The position numbers and the translations under genes were made by a program. DNA of 64,000 nt from Bacillota bacterium (GTDB taxonomy: Bacteria > Bacillota > Clostridia > Acetivibrionales > DTU013). The notes beneath the pieces are model-generated. The model made no database searches. It was not told where the DNA came from and saw only the letters and a list, made by a program, of their open reading frames with translations. The stretch covers positions 244,926 to 308,925 of the forward strand of contig JAEYOP010000030.1 of the NCBI GenBank assembly GCA_023411575.1, in the 5' to 3' direction. Shown here piece by piece: positions 1 to 13,359 of this stretch. Each line of letters opens with the position of its first letter. Within the stretch, counting starts at the first letter, position 1.

Positions 1-1
1 G

Positions 2-3000
2 GACGGCGCGTTCAGACCGGACGACAGCGTGACGAGGGCGGAGCTGGCCGTGTTCCTGAACCGGATTTTCCGGTATACAGAAGGGGCCGAAGCTACCTTT
101 GCGGATGTTCCCGCATCGGCATGGTACCGGGACGATATCACAAAAGCGGTCGCCGCCGGGATTATCCAGGCGAAAAGCGGGGACAAAATCGGCCCCGGCG
201 ACCGGCTGAGCCGGCAGGAGGCCGCCCGGATGATCGCCGCCGCCTTCGGCTGGAAAGCGGCGGATTTAAGCCGCCTGGGCAAATTCCCGGATTCCGGCAG
301 GGTGGGTTCCCCATACCGGGACGCCGTCTGCGCCCTGGTTGAAAAGGGCTGCATTTCCGGCCGGTCCGGCGGGCTTCTGGCTCCCCTGGACGGGACGACG
401 CGGGCGGAAGTCGTTAAAATGCTGGATATGGCCATGGGCGAGCTGAAAAATGCCAAGGGAACCTATACGGGCAATGTAAAGGGCAATCTGGTGGTCAACA
501 CGAGGGATGTCGTTCTCAGCAACATGACCATCGGCGGGGACCTATATCTAACCCAGGGGATCGGCGACGGAAATGTCACCCTGGACGGCGTTACCGTTAA
601 AGGAAAGACCATCGTAAGCGGCGGGGGAATGAACAGCATCCACATCCGGAATTCCTCCCTTGCGGGTTCTCTGGTCGTCATAAAGGTGGGCGGACAGATA
701 AGGATCGTCGCGGAGGGATCTACGGTAATCGACGGCGTTGAATTGAGGTCCGGCGCCAGGCTGGAGGAATCGGGCCTTACCGGCGGCGGGTTCGGCGGCG
801 TGGAAATTCTGGGCATTGTCGAAGCGGGCCAGCAGATTATTCTGGACGGGGATTTTGACCGGGTAGGCATCGAGGCGGATCACGTCGGCGTGGAAATCGC
901 AGGCGGAACCGTCGGCAGCCTTGAAGTTGCGAGCGGCGCGGACGGTGCGCAGATCCATGTGGCGCAAAACGCCGGAATCGGCAATTTGACGCTCGGAGCC
1001 GCTGCTGCGGTGACGGGACAGGGAACGATCACCTCCGCTACCATCAACGCACCGGGCGTTACGCTGGAGCAAAAGCCCGCTGCGGTAAATATCGCGGCCG
1101 GTATTACCGCGACGGTGGGAGGAGCGGTAACCACCGGAGCCTCCGCTTCCACCGGCGGCGGGGGGAGCAGCGACGGGACTACGACGCCGGATTCCCCGCC
1201 GGACGCCAAAGCCGAGCTGTTTGACGACTTCAATTATGCGAACTCCTCCGATCCGGCGCTGGCCGGCATGGGCTGGCATGTAAAGCATACGAATACGGAA
1301 GGCCCGGGCCCGGCGGGCTGCACCTGGACCAGGGACAACGTCGCCTTTGTGGACGACGCTGAAAACTCCGGCAACAAGCTGGCAAGGCTGACCTCCTCGA
1401 CGGACGGCACGGCAGCGGGCACGTATCAAAGCGAAATCGTCCTGCCCCAGAAATTTTATGAGGGCACCTATGCGACAAGAGTCAAATTTGCCGATCTTCC
1501 GCTGGAAGGGGCGGCCATGGACGGAGACGCCGTCGTCGAGACGTTCTTTACGATTACCCCTCTGAATTATGATCTGGATCCCGATTATTGCGAGTATGAT
1601 TTTGAGTACCTGCCCAACGGCGGCTGGGGAGACTCGCGCATGATGTACGAGACCTCCTGGGAGACGTATTGCAATGATCCCTGGATTGCGGTAAACACGC
1701 ACGGAAATCAGCCGGACAGCCTGGAAGGCTGGCATACGCTGATCCTGACCATCCGGGACGGCGTGATAAAATATTATATTGACGGCGTAAATGTGGCCAC
1801 GCACGGGGGAATATACTATCCCGAAGTGCCCATGTCCGTCAACTTCAACCTGTGGTTCATCAACGGCGGCTTCAATTCAAGCCTGTCCGGGACCCGTACG
1901 TACCAGCAGGACATCGATTGGGTTTATTACCTGGAGAACACGGAACTGACTCCCGAGCAAGTGCAAACGGCGGTTAACGGGTACAGAAGCAGTGTGACCA
2001 GGAGAACGGATACGGTAAAAATGAAAAATTTCGCCAATATTCCTTCCAGTGCGCAGCTCAGCGCTGATAAAGCGGTAAATACCGGAGACTATACCATAAC
2101 GGCAACCGTCCCGGCAAATAACAAGGCCACTTCCCTGAGGCTTTATGAAAACGATATTCTGGTGAAGGCGGCCGCCGTGACGGCCAATTCCGCGTCCCAG
2201 CAGAAGATCTCCTTCCCGGTAACCGGCAAGGCGGCCGGCGACTACACCTACCGGGCGGAGCTGTCCAACGCGAACGGTACGCGTGCCGGCGCGGATGTGA
2301 CGGTGAGCGTGATCCGGGCCATGTTCGACGATTTCAATTATGAGGATTGCAACGACCCGAAGCTTTCGGAAAATGGATGGGTCCTCAAGAACGACGTCGA
2401 TGAAGGCCCCGGCATTGCAAACACCTGGAAAAAGGAGGGGGTGTCTTTTCCAAGCGACTCCGACCTGACCGGCAACAAGCTGGCGAGGCTGACCTCCTCC
2501 ACGGACGGTACGGTCGGCGGCACCACCCAGAGTGAGATCTATACCGGCGCAAGCAAGTTCTACGAGGGGACCTACGCCGCAAGGGTCAAGTTCAGCGACA
2601 CGCCCGCATCCGGGCCCGACGGGGACCCCCTGGTCCAGACGTTTTTCAACATCACGCTGCATAACGAGAACAATCCCACATATGGGGAGCATGATTTTGA
2701 ATACCTGCCCAACGGGGGCTGGGGAGAACCGGGCAGCATCCTGTACGCCACCACCTGGGAGAATGTCATTCCCGACCCGTGGTGGGCGGACCGGGTGACG
2801 AAGTCGGACAGCAGTTCCTATGCGGGATGGCATGATCTGGTGCTGACCATCAAGGACGGACACTCCAGATACTACATTGACGGGGTCCTCTTCGCCGACC
2901 ACTTCGGAAAGTACTACCCGGAAATTCCGATGATCATTGACTTCAACCAATGGTTCATCAATCTGACCACGGTGGATTCCAGTGAAACAAGAAAGTGGCA

Positions 3001-4918
3001 GGAAGACATCGATTGGGTCTATTTTGCCGAGGACAAGGCCCTTACCACGGAGCAGGTGAAAGCGATCGTCAATGGCTATAGGACGGACTCCGTCACCGCA
3101 TTTGACAACGTGCAGGAGAAAACCGGAGAGCGCCCGGAAGCCGCGAGCCTGAGTGCCGACAGCAGCATGAACAATGGTACCTATCTGGTCTCTGTGACCG
3201 TGCCGGCCCATAACACGGCGAAATCCATGAGACTGTACGAAAATGACGAACTGGTGCTGGGAAAGGAGCTAATCGCGGATTCCTCCGGCGTGCAGTCTTT
3301 TGCGTACTACAACGCGGAGAACAAGGCGCTGGGCCAGTATACCTACAGGGCGGAGCTCACCAATGCCAACGGGACGACGGCGACAAGCGATCTTATCGTG
3401 GAGGTGGTTGCGGGCAGCTTCCCGGCGAACATTGCCGCAGGCAAGCCGGCCACCGGCCAGGACGGTACGCTGTACGGGAATATCACCGCGATCAACGACG
3501 GGATATACAATGACTCGAACGCCTTTTCGGGGAACGGCTCCGGCCTGATGTGGGCGCAGATCGATTTCAAAAAGAGCTATGACGTGAACAAGGTCATGCT
3601 GTGGCACTATTATGACGACGGCAGGACTTACAAAGACGTCGTTATCCAGCTTTCCAACGATCACGCTTTTGCGGAGGGCGTCACGACGGTTTTCAACAAC
3701 GACCGGGACAATTCGGCCGGACTCGGTGCCGGAACGGATCTGGAATATGCGGAGACGGCCGGCGGGAAAACCATCCATTTCAACACGGTCAACGCGCGGT
3801 ATATCCGCCTCTACTCCAACGGAAGCCGGGAAAATGCGTTTAACCACTATGTGGAAGTCCAGGTTTGGTCCGTCGGCGGCGATGAAGGCTCTGCAAAGCT
3901 CTCCGCAGATAAAGTCTATAATAGGGGAAATTACACGGTTACCGCCGCTGTTCCCGCGAACAGTACGGCAACTGCGATCAGCCTCTATGAAAACGATGTC
4001 CGGGTGATCGATGCTCAGCCGCTGACGCCAGGCGGACAAATCCAGGAAATTACCTTCCCCGTGGCCGGAAAGGCGGACGGGGTGTATACCTACAAGGCGG
4101 AATTGACGGGTCCGGAAGGGACTCTGGCGAGCGGAAGCCTGGCCGTTACGGTAAGCAGTATCCCGGAGCCTGCGGTTTTAAGCGTGGATCATGCCATCAA
4201 CGATGGCAGCTATACGGTCACCGTTACCGTACCGGCCGGGAATAGCGCTACCTCTCTGGATTTGTTCGAAGGAGCCTCCAAGGTCATCGATCATCAGGCG
4301 GTGACTGAAAATTCGCCGTCGCCGCAGCAATTTACGTATGCAGCCAGCGGTAAAGCGCCCGGAAAATACACGTATCGGGCCGATTTGAAGAACGCCTCCG
4401 GAACAATGCCGGGCCTGGAGCTTTCCGTCATTGTCATGGCGCAGGCCGGCGAGCCCGCGAACGTGGCGGCGGACAAAACAACCACGGCGGCTTCGGAAGT
4501 GCTGTCCCTCGCGGATGCGCAAAAAATAACGGACGGGGACAAGAGCTCCGATAAATTCGCAGGAGCGGGCGACGGCCTGCAATGGATCATGATCGACCTG
4601 GGACAAAGCTACGACATCGACACGGTAAAAGTGTGGCACTATTTCGACGATGGAAGGACGTACCATGACGTTATCGTGCAGGTATCCAACGATGTGAATT
4701 TCAGCGCAGGCGTGACGACCGTATTCAATAACGACAAGGACAACAGCGCCGGTCAGGGGACGGGAACGGAGGAAGAATACGCGGAAACCTCCGCCGGCAA
4801 GACCATCGGCTTCCCTTCCGCCAACGCGCGGTATATAAGGCTCTGGTCCAACGGAAGCACGGGCCCGTACGCTCCGGCCAACCACTATATCGAGGTGGAA
4901 GTCTGGACGGCTCCGTAA
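2..4918 (+). CDS. SLH-anchored multimodular surface glycan-binding / glycosidase-like protein (5' end cut by window edge)
   Basis: The frame is open from nt 2 (DGAFRPDDSVTRAELAVFLNRIF, the tail of an SLH repeat), so the GTG at 29 in the ORF track is internal. Two more SLH repeats follow (FADVPASAWYRDDITKAV.., FPDSGRVGSPYRDAVCALV..), then a G/V/I-rich beta-helix-like stretch. There are two ConA/GH16-like modules keeping E-x-D-x-E (EYDFEYLPNGGWG, EHDFEYLPNGGWG). There are four Ig-like modules (LSADKAVNTGDYTITATVPANN..LYEND..) and two discoidin/F5-8C-like modules (NARYIRLYSNGS..NHYVEVQVW). The stop at 4916-4918 is followed by a terminator. Confidence 0.8.
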   Translation, partial: DGAFRPDDSVTRAELAVFLNRIFRYTEGAEATFADVPASAWYRDDITKAVAAGIIQAKSGDKIGPGDRLSRQEAARMIAAAFGWKAADLSRLGKFPDSGRVGSPYRDAVCALVEKGCISGRSGGLLAPLDGTTRAEVVKMLDMAMGELKNAKGTYTGNVKGNLVVNTRDVVLSNMTIGGDLYLTQGIGDGNVTLDGVTVKGKTIVSGGGMNSIHIRNSSLAGSLVVIKVGGQIRIVAEGSTVIDGVELRSGARLEESGLTGGGFGGVEILGIVEAGQQIILDGDFDRVGIEADHVGVEIAGGTVGSLEVASGADGAQIHVAQNAGIGNLTLGAAAAVTGQGTITSATINAPGVTLEQKPAAVNIAAGITATVGGAVTTGASASTGGGGSSDGTTTPDSPPDAKAELFDDFNYANSSDPALAGMGWHVKHTNTEGPGPAGCTWTRDNVAFVDDAENSGNKLARLTSSTDGTAAGTYQSEIVLPQKFYEGTYATRVKFADLPLEGAAMDGDAVVETFFTITPLNYDLDPDYCEYDFEYLPNGGWGDSRMMYETSWETYCNDPWIAVNTHGNQPDSLEGWHTLILTIRDGVIKYYIDGVNVATHGGIYYPEVPMSVNFNLWFINGGFNSSLSGTRTYQQDIDWVYYLENTELTPEQVQTAVNGYRSSVTRRTDTVKMKNFANIPSSAQLSADKAVNTGDYTITATVPANNKATSLRLYENDILVKAAAVTANSASQQKISFPVTGKAAGDYTYRAELSNANGTRAGADVTVSVIRAMFDDFNYEDCNDPKLSENGWVLKNDVDEGPGIANTWKKEGVSFPSDSDLTGNKLARLTSSTDGTVGGTTQSEIYTGASKFYEGTYAARVKFSDTPASGPDGDPLVQTFFNITLHNENNPTYGEHDFEYLPNGGWGEPGSILYATTWENVIPDPWWADRVTKSDSSSYAGWHDLVLTIKDGHSRYYIDGVLFADHFGKYYPEIPMIIDFNQWFINLTTVDSSETRKWQEDIDWVYFAEDKALTTEQVKAIVNGYRTDSVTAFDNVQEKTGERPEAASLSADSSMNNGTYLVSVTVPAHNTAKSMRLYENDELVLGKELIADSSGVQSFAYYNAENKALGQYTYRAELTNANGTTATSDLIVEVVAGSFPANIAAGKPATGQDGTLYGNITAINDGIYNDSNAFSGNGSGLMWAQIDFKKSYDVNKVMLWHYYDDGRTYKDVVIQLSNDHAFAEGVTTVFNNDRDNSAGLGAGTDLEYAETAGGKTIHFNTVNARYIRLYSNGSRENAFNHYVEVQVWSVGGDEGSAKLSADKVYNRGNYTVTAAVPANSTATAISLYENDVRVIDAQPLTPGGQIQEITFPVAGKADGVYTYKAELTGPEGTLASGSLAVTVSSIPEPAVLSVDHAINDGSYTVTVTVPAGNSATSLDLFEGASKVIDHQAVTENSPSPQQFTYAASGKAPGKYTYRADLKNASGTMPGLELSVIVMAQAGEPANVAADKTTTAASEVLSLADAQKITDGDKSSDKFAGAGDGLQWIMIDLGQSYDIDTVKVWHYFDDGRTYHDVIVQVSNDVNFSAGVTTVFNNDKDNSAGQGTGTEEEYAETSAGKTIGFPSANARYIRLWSNGSTGPYAPANHYIEVEVWTAP
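1217..3412 (+). repeat. In-frame tandem duplication inside the surface-protein gene (2 units of about 1104 nt: GH16-like plus Ig-like module)
   Basis: Unit 1 starts at ctgtttgacgacttcaattat (1217) and unit 2 at atgttcgacgatttcaattat (2321), an offset of 1104 nt or 368 codons. Local stretches are clearly homologous at DNA level, e.g. gctggcaaggctgacctcctcgacggacggcacgg (about 1378) versus gctggcgaggctgacctcctccacggacggtacgg (about 2479). A second pair of discoidin modules (about 3419-3885 and about 4451-4915) is also related (aacgcgcggtatatccgcctctactccaacggaagc versus aacgcgcggtatataaggctctggtccaacggaagc). Confidence 0.75.
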
Positions 4919-4967
4919 AACTTTTCAAATATAAAAGTTTATAAAATGTAGAAATTACATCAAAAAA

Positions 4968-5007
4968 GACGGTTTTGGGATCCAAAGAAATCCCGAACCG
5001 TCTTTTT
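4968..5007 (+). terminator. Rho-independent terminator of the surface-protein gene
   Basis: GACGGTTTTGGGA (4968-4980) pairs with TCCCGAACCGTC (4991-5002). That gives 12 bp with one G-U and one bulged U, a 10-nt loop, then TTTTT (5003-5007). Confidence 0.75.
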
Positions 5008-5058
5008 CTGTGTTCCATCATCAATTTCCTGAAACGCCCTATCCCAATAAAAAAGCCG

Positions 5059-5087
5059 TTGACAAGTAGACAACGGTATGTTAAAAT
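5059..5087 (+). promoter_or_regulatory. Sigma-A-type promoter with extended -10, candidate rpoBC promoter
   Basis: TTGACA (5059-5064), 17-nt spacer, TG-n-TAAAAT (TG at 5079-5080, -10 at 5082-5087). It lies about 435 nt upstream of the rpoB ATG in an AT-rich gap. Confidence 0.55.
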
Positions 5088-5523
5088 TATAAACTGCGTT
5101 ATAATTGAACTTGTATAAATTTTTTGAAATATTCAGGACTTTTAAACAAGATTGATTATAGCATAAAGGAATAAAATACACAAGAATTGTTAATAACTAA
5201 TTATTGGTTTTGTGCAATTTGACGAAAGTGTTCGGAGAACTTCGGCAATATTGCGGATGGAATTGCCCCAAGAGCTTTTAATAATACTACTAAAAGCTTT
5301 TAAATATACACCGGTGTGTCGGACTGAAACTGCCGGTGGTCCGGTAAGCTTGCATGAATGCAACTTTCAAGCGGCGTGAAAAAAGAAAAGCTTCCGTTTG
5401 CCTGGCGATCAATACTAATTGCCAAAAGAAGCGGAAATTTTCAGCTAAGCGAATTTTTCATCATGATGTATGAAAATTTCGCCGGTTCAATTGTACAAGT
5501 CATAATTTATGAGGTGATTTTTA

Positions 5524-8500
5524 ATGGTACATCCCGTTCAAATGGGCCGGAATACAAGAATGAGTTATTCCAAGATTGACGAAGTCCTGGATATGCCCAA
5601 TCTGATCGAGGTGCAGAAAAACTCCTACAGATGGTTTCTGGAAGAGGGCCTGCGCGAAGTATTCAGGGACGTTTCGCCGATACAGGATTACACCGGCAAC
5701 CTGATCCTGGAGTTTCCGGATTACAAGCTCGAAGATGACAACCCCAAGTACAGTGTGGAAGAATGCAAGGAGAGAGATACTACATATTCCGCTCCTCTTA
5801 AAGTAAAAGTGCGCCTGATCAACAAGGAAACGGGCGAAGTGAAGGAACAGGAAATCTTCATGGGCGATTTTCCGCTGATGACCGATAACGGAACCTTTGT
5901 CATCAACGGCGCGGAAAGGGTTATCGTCAGCCAGCTGGTACGGTCCCCGGGCATCTATTTCTCTACCAAGGTGGACCGGACCGGAAAGCAGCTGTTTTCC
6001 ACCACCGTGATCCCGAACCGCGGCGCATGGCTGGAATGCGAAACGGATTCCAACGACGTCATGTCCGTCCGCATCGACCGGACCAGGAAGCTCCCCATCA
6101 CCGTACTGCTCCGCGCCCTGGGCTGGGGAACGGACCTTCAGATCACCGAGCTGCTGGGCGACGACGAAAGAATCCTGGCCACCATCCAGAAAGACAATGC
6201 CAAAACTGCCGACGAAGGCTTGATTGAAATATATAAAAGGCTCAGGCCGGGCGAACCGCCGACGGTCGAGAGCGCAACCACGCTGTTGAACAGCCTGTTC
6301 TTCGATCCCAAGCGGTACGACCTTGCCAAGTTCGGACGGTTCAAATTCAACAAGAAGCTGGCCATGGTCAACCGGATCGCCGGCTTCAAAGCAGCGGAAA
6401 AGATCGTGAGTCCCCTGACCGGCGAGATCCTCGTCGGAGAGGATGAGCTCATCGACAAGAAAAAGGCGGAAGCGATCCAGAATTCCGGCGTCAACTCGGT
6501 TTACCTGAATATCGAGGGCAAGAAGATCCGGGTGCTCGGCAACGGCACCGTTGATCTGAAAGCGCACGTCAGCTTTGACATAACCGATACCGGCATTACG
6601 GAAAGAGTCCGTTTTGACATTCTCAAAAAGCTGATGCAGGAGAACCCGTCCGAGGCGGACCTGAAGAAGGCCATCCTGGAGAACGTGGACACCCTTGTGC
6701 CCAAGTATATAACGGTGGAAGATATTATTTCCTCCATCAACTACCTGATCCACTTGAATTACGGAGTGGGCACCCATGACGACATCGACCACCTGGGCAA
6801 CAGAAGACTGCGCTGTGTCGGCGAGCTTCTCCAGAACCAGTTCCGGATCGGTCTTGCCAGGATGGAAAGGGTGGTCCGGGAAAGAATGACCATCCAGGAC
6901 ATCGATATCGTAACGCCCCAGGCGCTGATCAACATCCGTCCGGTTGCGGCGGCGATCAAGGAATTCTTCGGAAGCAGCCAGTTGTCCCAGTTCATGGACC
7001 AGACGAACCCACTGGCCGAGTTGACCCACAAGAGAAGGCTCAGCGCCCTCGGACCCGGCGGTCTCAGCAGAGAGCGCGCAGGCTTCGAAGTCCGTGACGT
7101 TCACCATTCCCATTACGGCCGCATGTGCCCGATTGAAACGCCTGAAGGTCCGAACATCGGTTTGATCGGCTCCTTGAGCACCTATGCCAGGATCAACGAG
7201 TACGGTTTCATCGAAGCTCCGTACAGGAGGATCGATAAGGAAAAGGGCGTCGTATCCGAAGAAATCATCTACCTGACGGCGGATGAAGAAGATAAATATA
7301 TCGTAGCCCAGGCAAACGAACCGTTGGATGAAAACGGCAAGTTCGTCGCCAAAAAGGTGCTTTGCCGTTTCAAGGACGATATCCTGGAAGTGGAAAGCAG
7401 CCGGGTCGACTTCATGGACGTTTCGCCGAAACAGCTTGTTTCCGTAGCGACCGCCATGATCCCGTTCCTGGAGAACGACGACGCCAACCGTGCGCTGATG
7501 GGTTCCAACATGCAGCGTCAGGCGGTTCCGCTGATCAAGCCCCAGTCGCCGGTCATCGGCACGGGCATTGAATACAAGGCCGCCAAGGATTCCGGCACCG
7601 TTGTGCTGGCAAAGAACCCCGGTACGATCGAGAAGGTCTCCGCCAATGAGATCGTGATCCGTACCAAGAGCGGCAAGAAAGACACTTACAAGCTCTTGAA
7701 ATACATCCGCTCGAACCAGGGCACCTGCATCAACCAGAGGCCCATCGTCCGAAAGGGCGAGGTGGTTGAAAAGGGCGACGTAATTGCCGACGGTCCTTCC
7801 ACGGACATGGGCGAAATCGGCCTCGGAAAGAACATCCTCATCGGCTTCATGACCTGGGAGGGTTACAACTACGAGGACGCCATCCTGATCAGCGAAAAAC
7901 TGGTGAAGGAGGACGTGTTCACCTCCATCCACATTGAGGAATACGAAGCCGAGTCCAGGGATACGAAGCTCGGACCGGAAGAAATCACCCGGGACATCCC
8001 CAACGTCAGCGAGGAATCCCTCAAGGACCTGGATGACAGGGGTATTATAAGAATCGGCGCGGAAGTCCGTGCAGGCGATATCCTGGTCGGCAAGGTCACT
8101 CCCAAGGGAGAGACAGAGCTGACCGCGGAAGAAAGGCTCCTCCGGGCGATCTTCGGTGAAAAGGCGAGAGAAGTAAGGGATACCTCCTTGAGGGTTCCCC
8201 ATGGCGAATCCGGTATCATCGTCGATGTCAAGGTATTCACCAGGGAGAACGGCGACGAGCTGCCGCCGGGAGTCAACCAGCTTGTCCGGTGCTACATAGC
8301 ACAGAAGAGAAAGATCTCCGTCGGAGACAAAATGGCAGGAAGACACGGCAACAAGGGTGTTATTTCAAGAGTGCTCCCGGAAGAAGACATGCCTTTCCTT
8401 CCTGACGGCACTCCGCTGCAGATCGTCCTCAACCCGCTGGGCGTTCCTTCCCGTATGAACATCGGGCAGGTGCTGGAAGTGCATCTCGGCTACGCGGCAA

Positions 8501-9264
8501 AAGCCCTGGGCTGGAAGATCGCGACCCCGGTATTCGACGGCGCAACCGAAGATGATATTGTGGAAACGCTGAAAATGGCCGGCCTTTCGCCGGACGGAAA
8601 GACCGTCCTGTATGACGGAAGAACGGGAACTCCCTTTGAGAACCGCGTAACCGTAGGCTATATGTATATCCTGAAGCTGGCGCATCTGGTCGACGACAAG
8701 ATCCACGCCCGTTCCACAGGCCCGTACTCCCTGGTTACCCAGCAGCCTCTCGGCGGTAAGGCCCAGTTCGGCGGACAGCGGTTCGGAGAAATGGAAGTGT
8801 GGGCGCTGGAAGCATACGGCGCCGCCTATACGCTGCAGGAAATCCTGACGGTCAAGTCGGACGACGTGGTGGGAAGGGTCAAGACCTACGAATCCATCGT
8901 CAAGGGCGAGAACGTACCGGAGCCGGGCATTCCCGAATCCTTCAAGGTATTGATCAAGGAACTGCAGAGCCTTGCGCTGGATGTGAAGGTTTACTCCGAA
9001 GAGCGTGAAGAAATTGCCATCAAGGAGTCCGCAGAGGACGAACTGGAAGAGCTGAACGTCAATATCGAAGGCCGTGAGGACGAAACGCCCCTTACCGACT
9101 ATGAGGAGATCGGCGACGATATCATGGATGAAGAGATGGATATGGACGATTTCGACCTCGGTGAAATCGGAAATACCGGAGAAGGCCTGGAGGAATCGCT
9201 GGGCGAGGATTTGTTCTCCGAAGAGGAAGACTTTGCGGACAGCCTGGATGATGAAGATTTCTAG
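5524..9264 (+). CDS. rpoB: DNA-directed RNA polymerase beta subunit
   Basis: 1246 aa. The N-terminus [31 protein letters not shown] and many conserved RpoB blocks are present ([66 protein letters not shown]). SD gaggtga at 5510-5516. There is a long acidic C-terminal tail. Confidence 0.98.
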   Translation: MVHPVQMGRNTRMSYSKIDEVLDMPNLIEVQKNSYRWFLEEGLREVFRDVSPIQDYTGNLILEFPDYKLEDDNPKYSVEECKERDTTYSAPLKVKVRLINKETGEVKEQEIFMGDFPLMTDNGTFVINGAERVIVSQLVRSPGIYFSTKVDRTGKQLFSTTVIPNRGAWLECETDSNDVMSVRIDRTRKLPITVLLRALGWGTDLQITELLGDDERILATIQKDNAKTADEGLIEIYKRLRPGEPPTVESATTLLNSLFFDPKRYDLAKFGRFKFNKKLAMVNRIAGFKAAEKIVSPLTGEILVGEDELIDKKKAEAIQNSGVNSVYLNIEGKKIRVLGNGTVDLKAHVSFDITDTGITERVRFDILKKLMQENPSEADLKKAILENVDTLVPKYITVEDIISSINYLIHLNYGVGTHDDIDHLGNRRLRCVGELLQNQFRIGLARMERVVRERMTIQDIDIVTPQALINIRPVAAAIKEFFGSSQLSQFMDQTNPLAELTHKRRLSALGPGGLSRERAGFEVRDVHHSHYGRMCPIETPEGPNIGLIGSLSTYARINEYGFIEAPYRRIDKEKGVVSEEIIYLTADEEDKYIVAQANEPLDENGKFVAKKVLCRFKDDILEVESSRVDFMDVSPKQLVSVATAMIPFLENDDANRALMGSNMQRQAVPLIKPQSPVIGTGIEYKAAKDSGTVVLAKNPGTIEKVSANEIVIRTKSGKKDTYKLLKYIRSNQGTCINQRPIVRKGEVVEKGDVIADGPSTDMGEIGLGKNILIGFMTWEGYNYEDAILISEKLVKEDVFTSIHIEEYEAESRDTKLGPEEITRDIPNVSEESLKDLDDRGIIRIGAEVRAGDILVGKVTPKGETELTAEERLLRAIFGEKAREVRDTSLRVPHGESGIIVDVKVFTRENGDELPPGVNQLVRCYIAQKRKISVGDKMAGRHGNKGVISRVLPEEDMPFLPDGTPLQIVLNPLGVPSRMNIGQVLEVHLGYAAKALGWKIATPVFDGATEDDIVETLKMAGLSPDGKTVLYDGRTGTPFENRVTVGYMYILKLAHLVDDKIHARSTGPYSLVTQQPLGGKAQFGGQRFGEMEVWALEAYGAAYTLQEILTVKSDDVVGRVKTYESIVKGENVPEPGIPESFKVLIKELQSLALDVKVYSEEREEIAIKESAEDELEELNVNIEGREDETPLTDYEEIGDDIMDEEMDMDDFDLGEIGNTGEGLEESLGEDLFSEEEDFADSLDDEDF

Positions 9265-9279
9265 AAGGGAGACTAAGCC

Positions 9280-12777
<3,498 letters not shown>

Positions 12778-12851
12778 AGAGAATCAGCAGGTGGGACGCC
12801 AAAGTCCCACCTGAAGTGCTGCGAGCTGCGACACACACGGATACGTTTATC

Positions 12852-12881
12852 TTGACAAACAAATCCTTGCAGTGATAGAAT
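12852..12881 (+). promoter_or_regulatory. Sigma-A-type promoter with extended -10 for the L7Ae-rpsL-rpsG-fusA-tuf operon
   Basis: TTGACA (12852-12857), 18-nt spacer, TG-a-TAGAAT (TG at 12873-12874, -10 at 12876-12881). It lies downstream of a GC hairpin (aggtgggac/gtcccacct, 12789-12812) that follows rpoC and has no U-tract. Confidence 0.55.
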
Positions 12882-12998
12882 ATTGCAGTGCGAATTTCAG
12901 GGGGGGATTCAGGGAATGGGGACACACCTTCAAATGCCATTCCAAGGAATGTCCCCGATGCTCATTTTGTAATTTGTAATAGGGAAAGGTGTAGATCA

Positions 12999-13250
12999 GT
13001 GCTCGAGGGATTGAAAGGCGGCAGTAAGGCAATTGGAATCAAACAGACCTTGAAGGCGGTGGAAGGCGATACGGCCAAAACCGTTTTTATCGCAAGGGAT
13101 GCAGACGAGAAAATTGTTGCAGGCCTGAAGGAGCTTTGCCTCTCCAAATCGGTGGAACTGGAATATGTGGACACGATGAAGCAGCTGGGCAAGGCCTGCG
13201 GCATCGAAGTAGGCGCATCCGCTGTTTGTTTGTTAAAGTCAAGTAATTGA
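12999..13250 (+). CDS. ybxF: L7Ae/L30e-family ribosome-associated protein (YbxF-like)
   Basis: VLEGLKGGSKAIGIKQTLKAVEGDTAKTVFIARDADEKIVAGLKELCLSKSVELEYVDTMKQLGKACGIEVGASAVCLL is the L7Ae fold signature. The gene sits between rpoC and rpsL, as ybxF does in Bacillus subtilis. I prefer the GTG at 12999 (SD gggaaaggtg at 12982-12991) over the track start at 12888. Confidence 0.8.
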   Translation: MLEGLKGGSKAIGIKQTLKAVEGDTAKTVFIARDADEKIVAGLKELCLSKSVELEYVDTMKQLGKACGIEVGASAVCLLKSSN

Positions 13251-13359
13251 TAGCGGATTAAATGCGTAGTGCCCCTGTGAGGCGCCTCGCATTTTTGACT
13301 AAATAAAAATGCCCGCATTTTCCGCAGAAAATGCAGGCGCCAAGAAAGGAGGTGCATGG

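Noticed and set aside
5358-5579. 73-aa ORF in the rpoB leader overlapping the rpoB start, and the 73-aa minus-strand ORF at 4960-5181
   Set aside because: Both lie in AT-rich intergenic sequence. Neither has an SD or recognisable similarity. One overlaps the rpoB initiation region out of frame and the other spans the terminator and promoter.
12888-12998. Upstream extensions of several ORF-track entries (12888 for the L7Ae-like gene, 13309 rpsL, 13911 rpsG, 17968 flavodiiron, 42998 potB, 43942 potA, 38129 acyltransferase, 36885 symporter, 60162 permease)
   Set aside because: Conserved family N-termini and well-placed SD sequences support the internal starts given in the feature list. The extensions add non-conserved, often basic or low-complexity residues.
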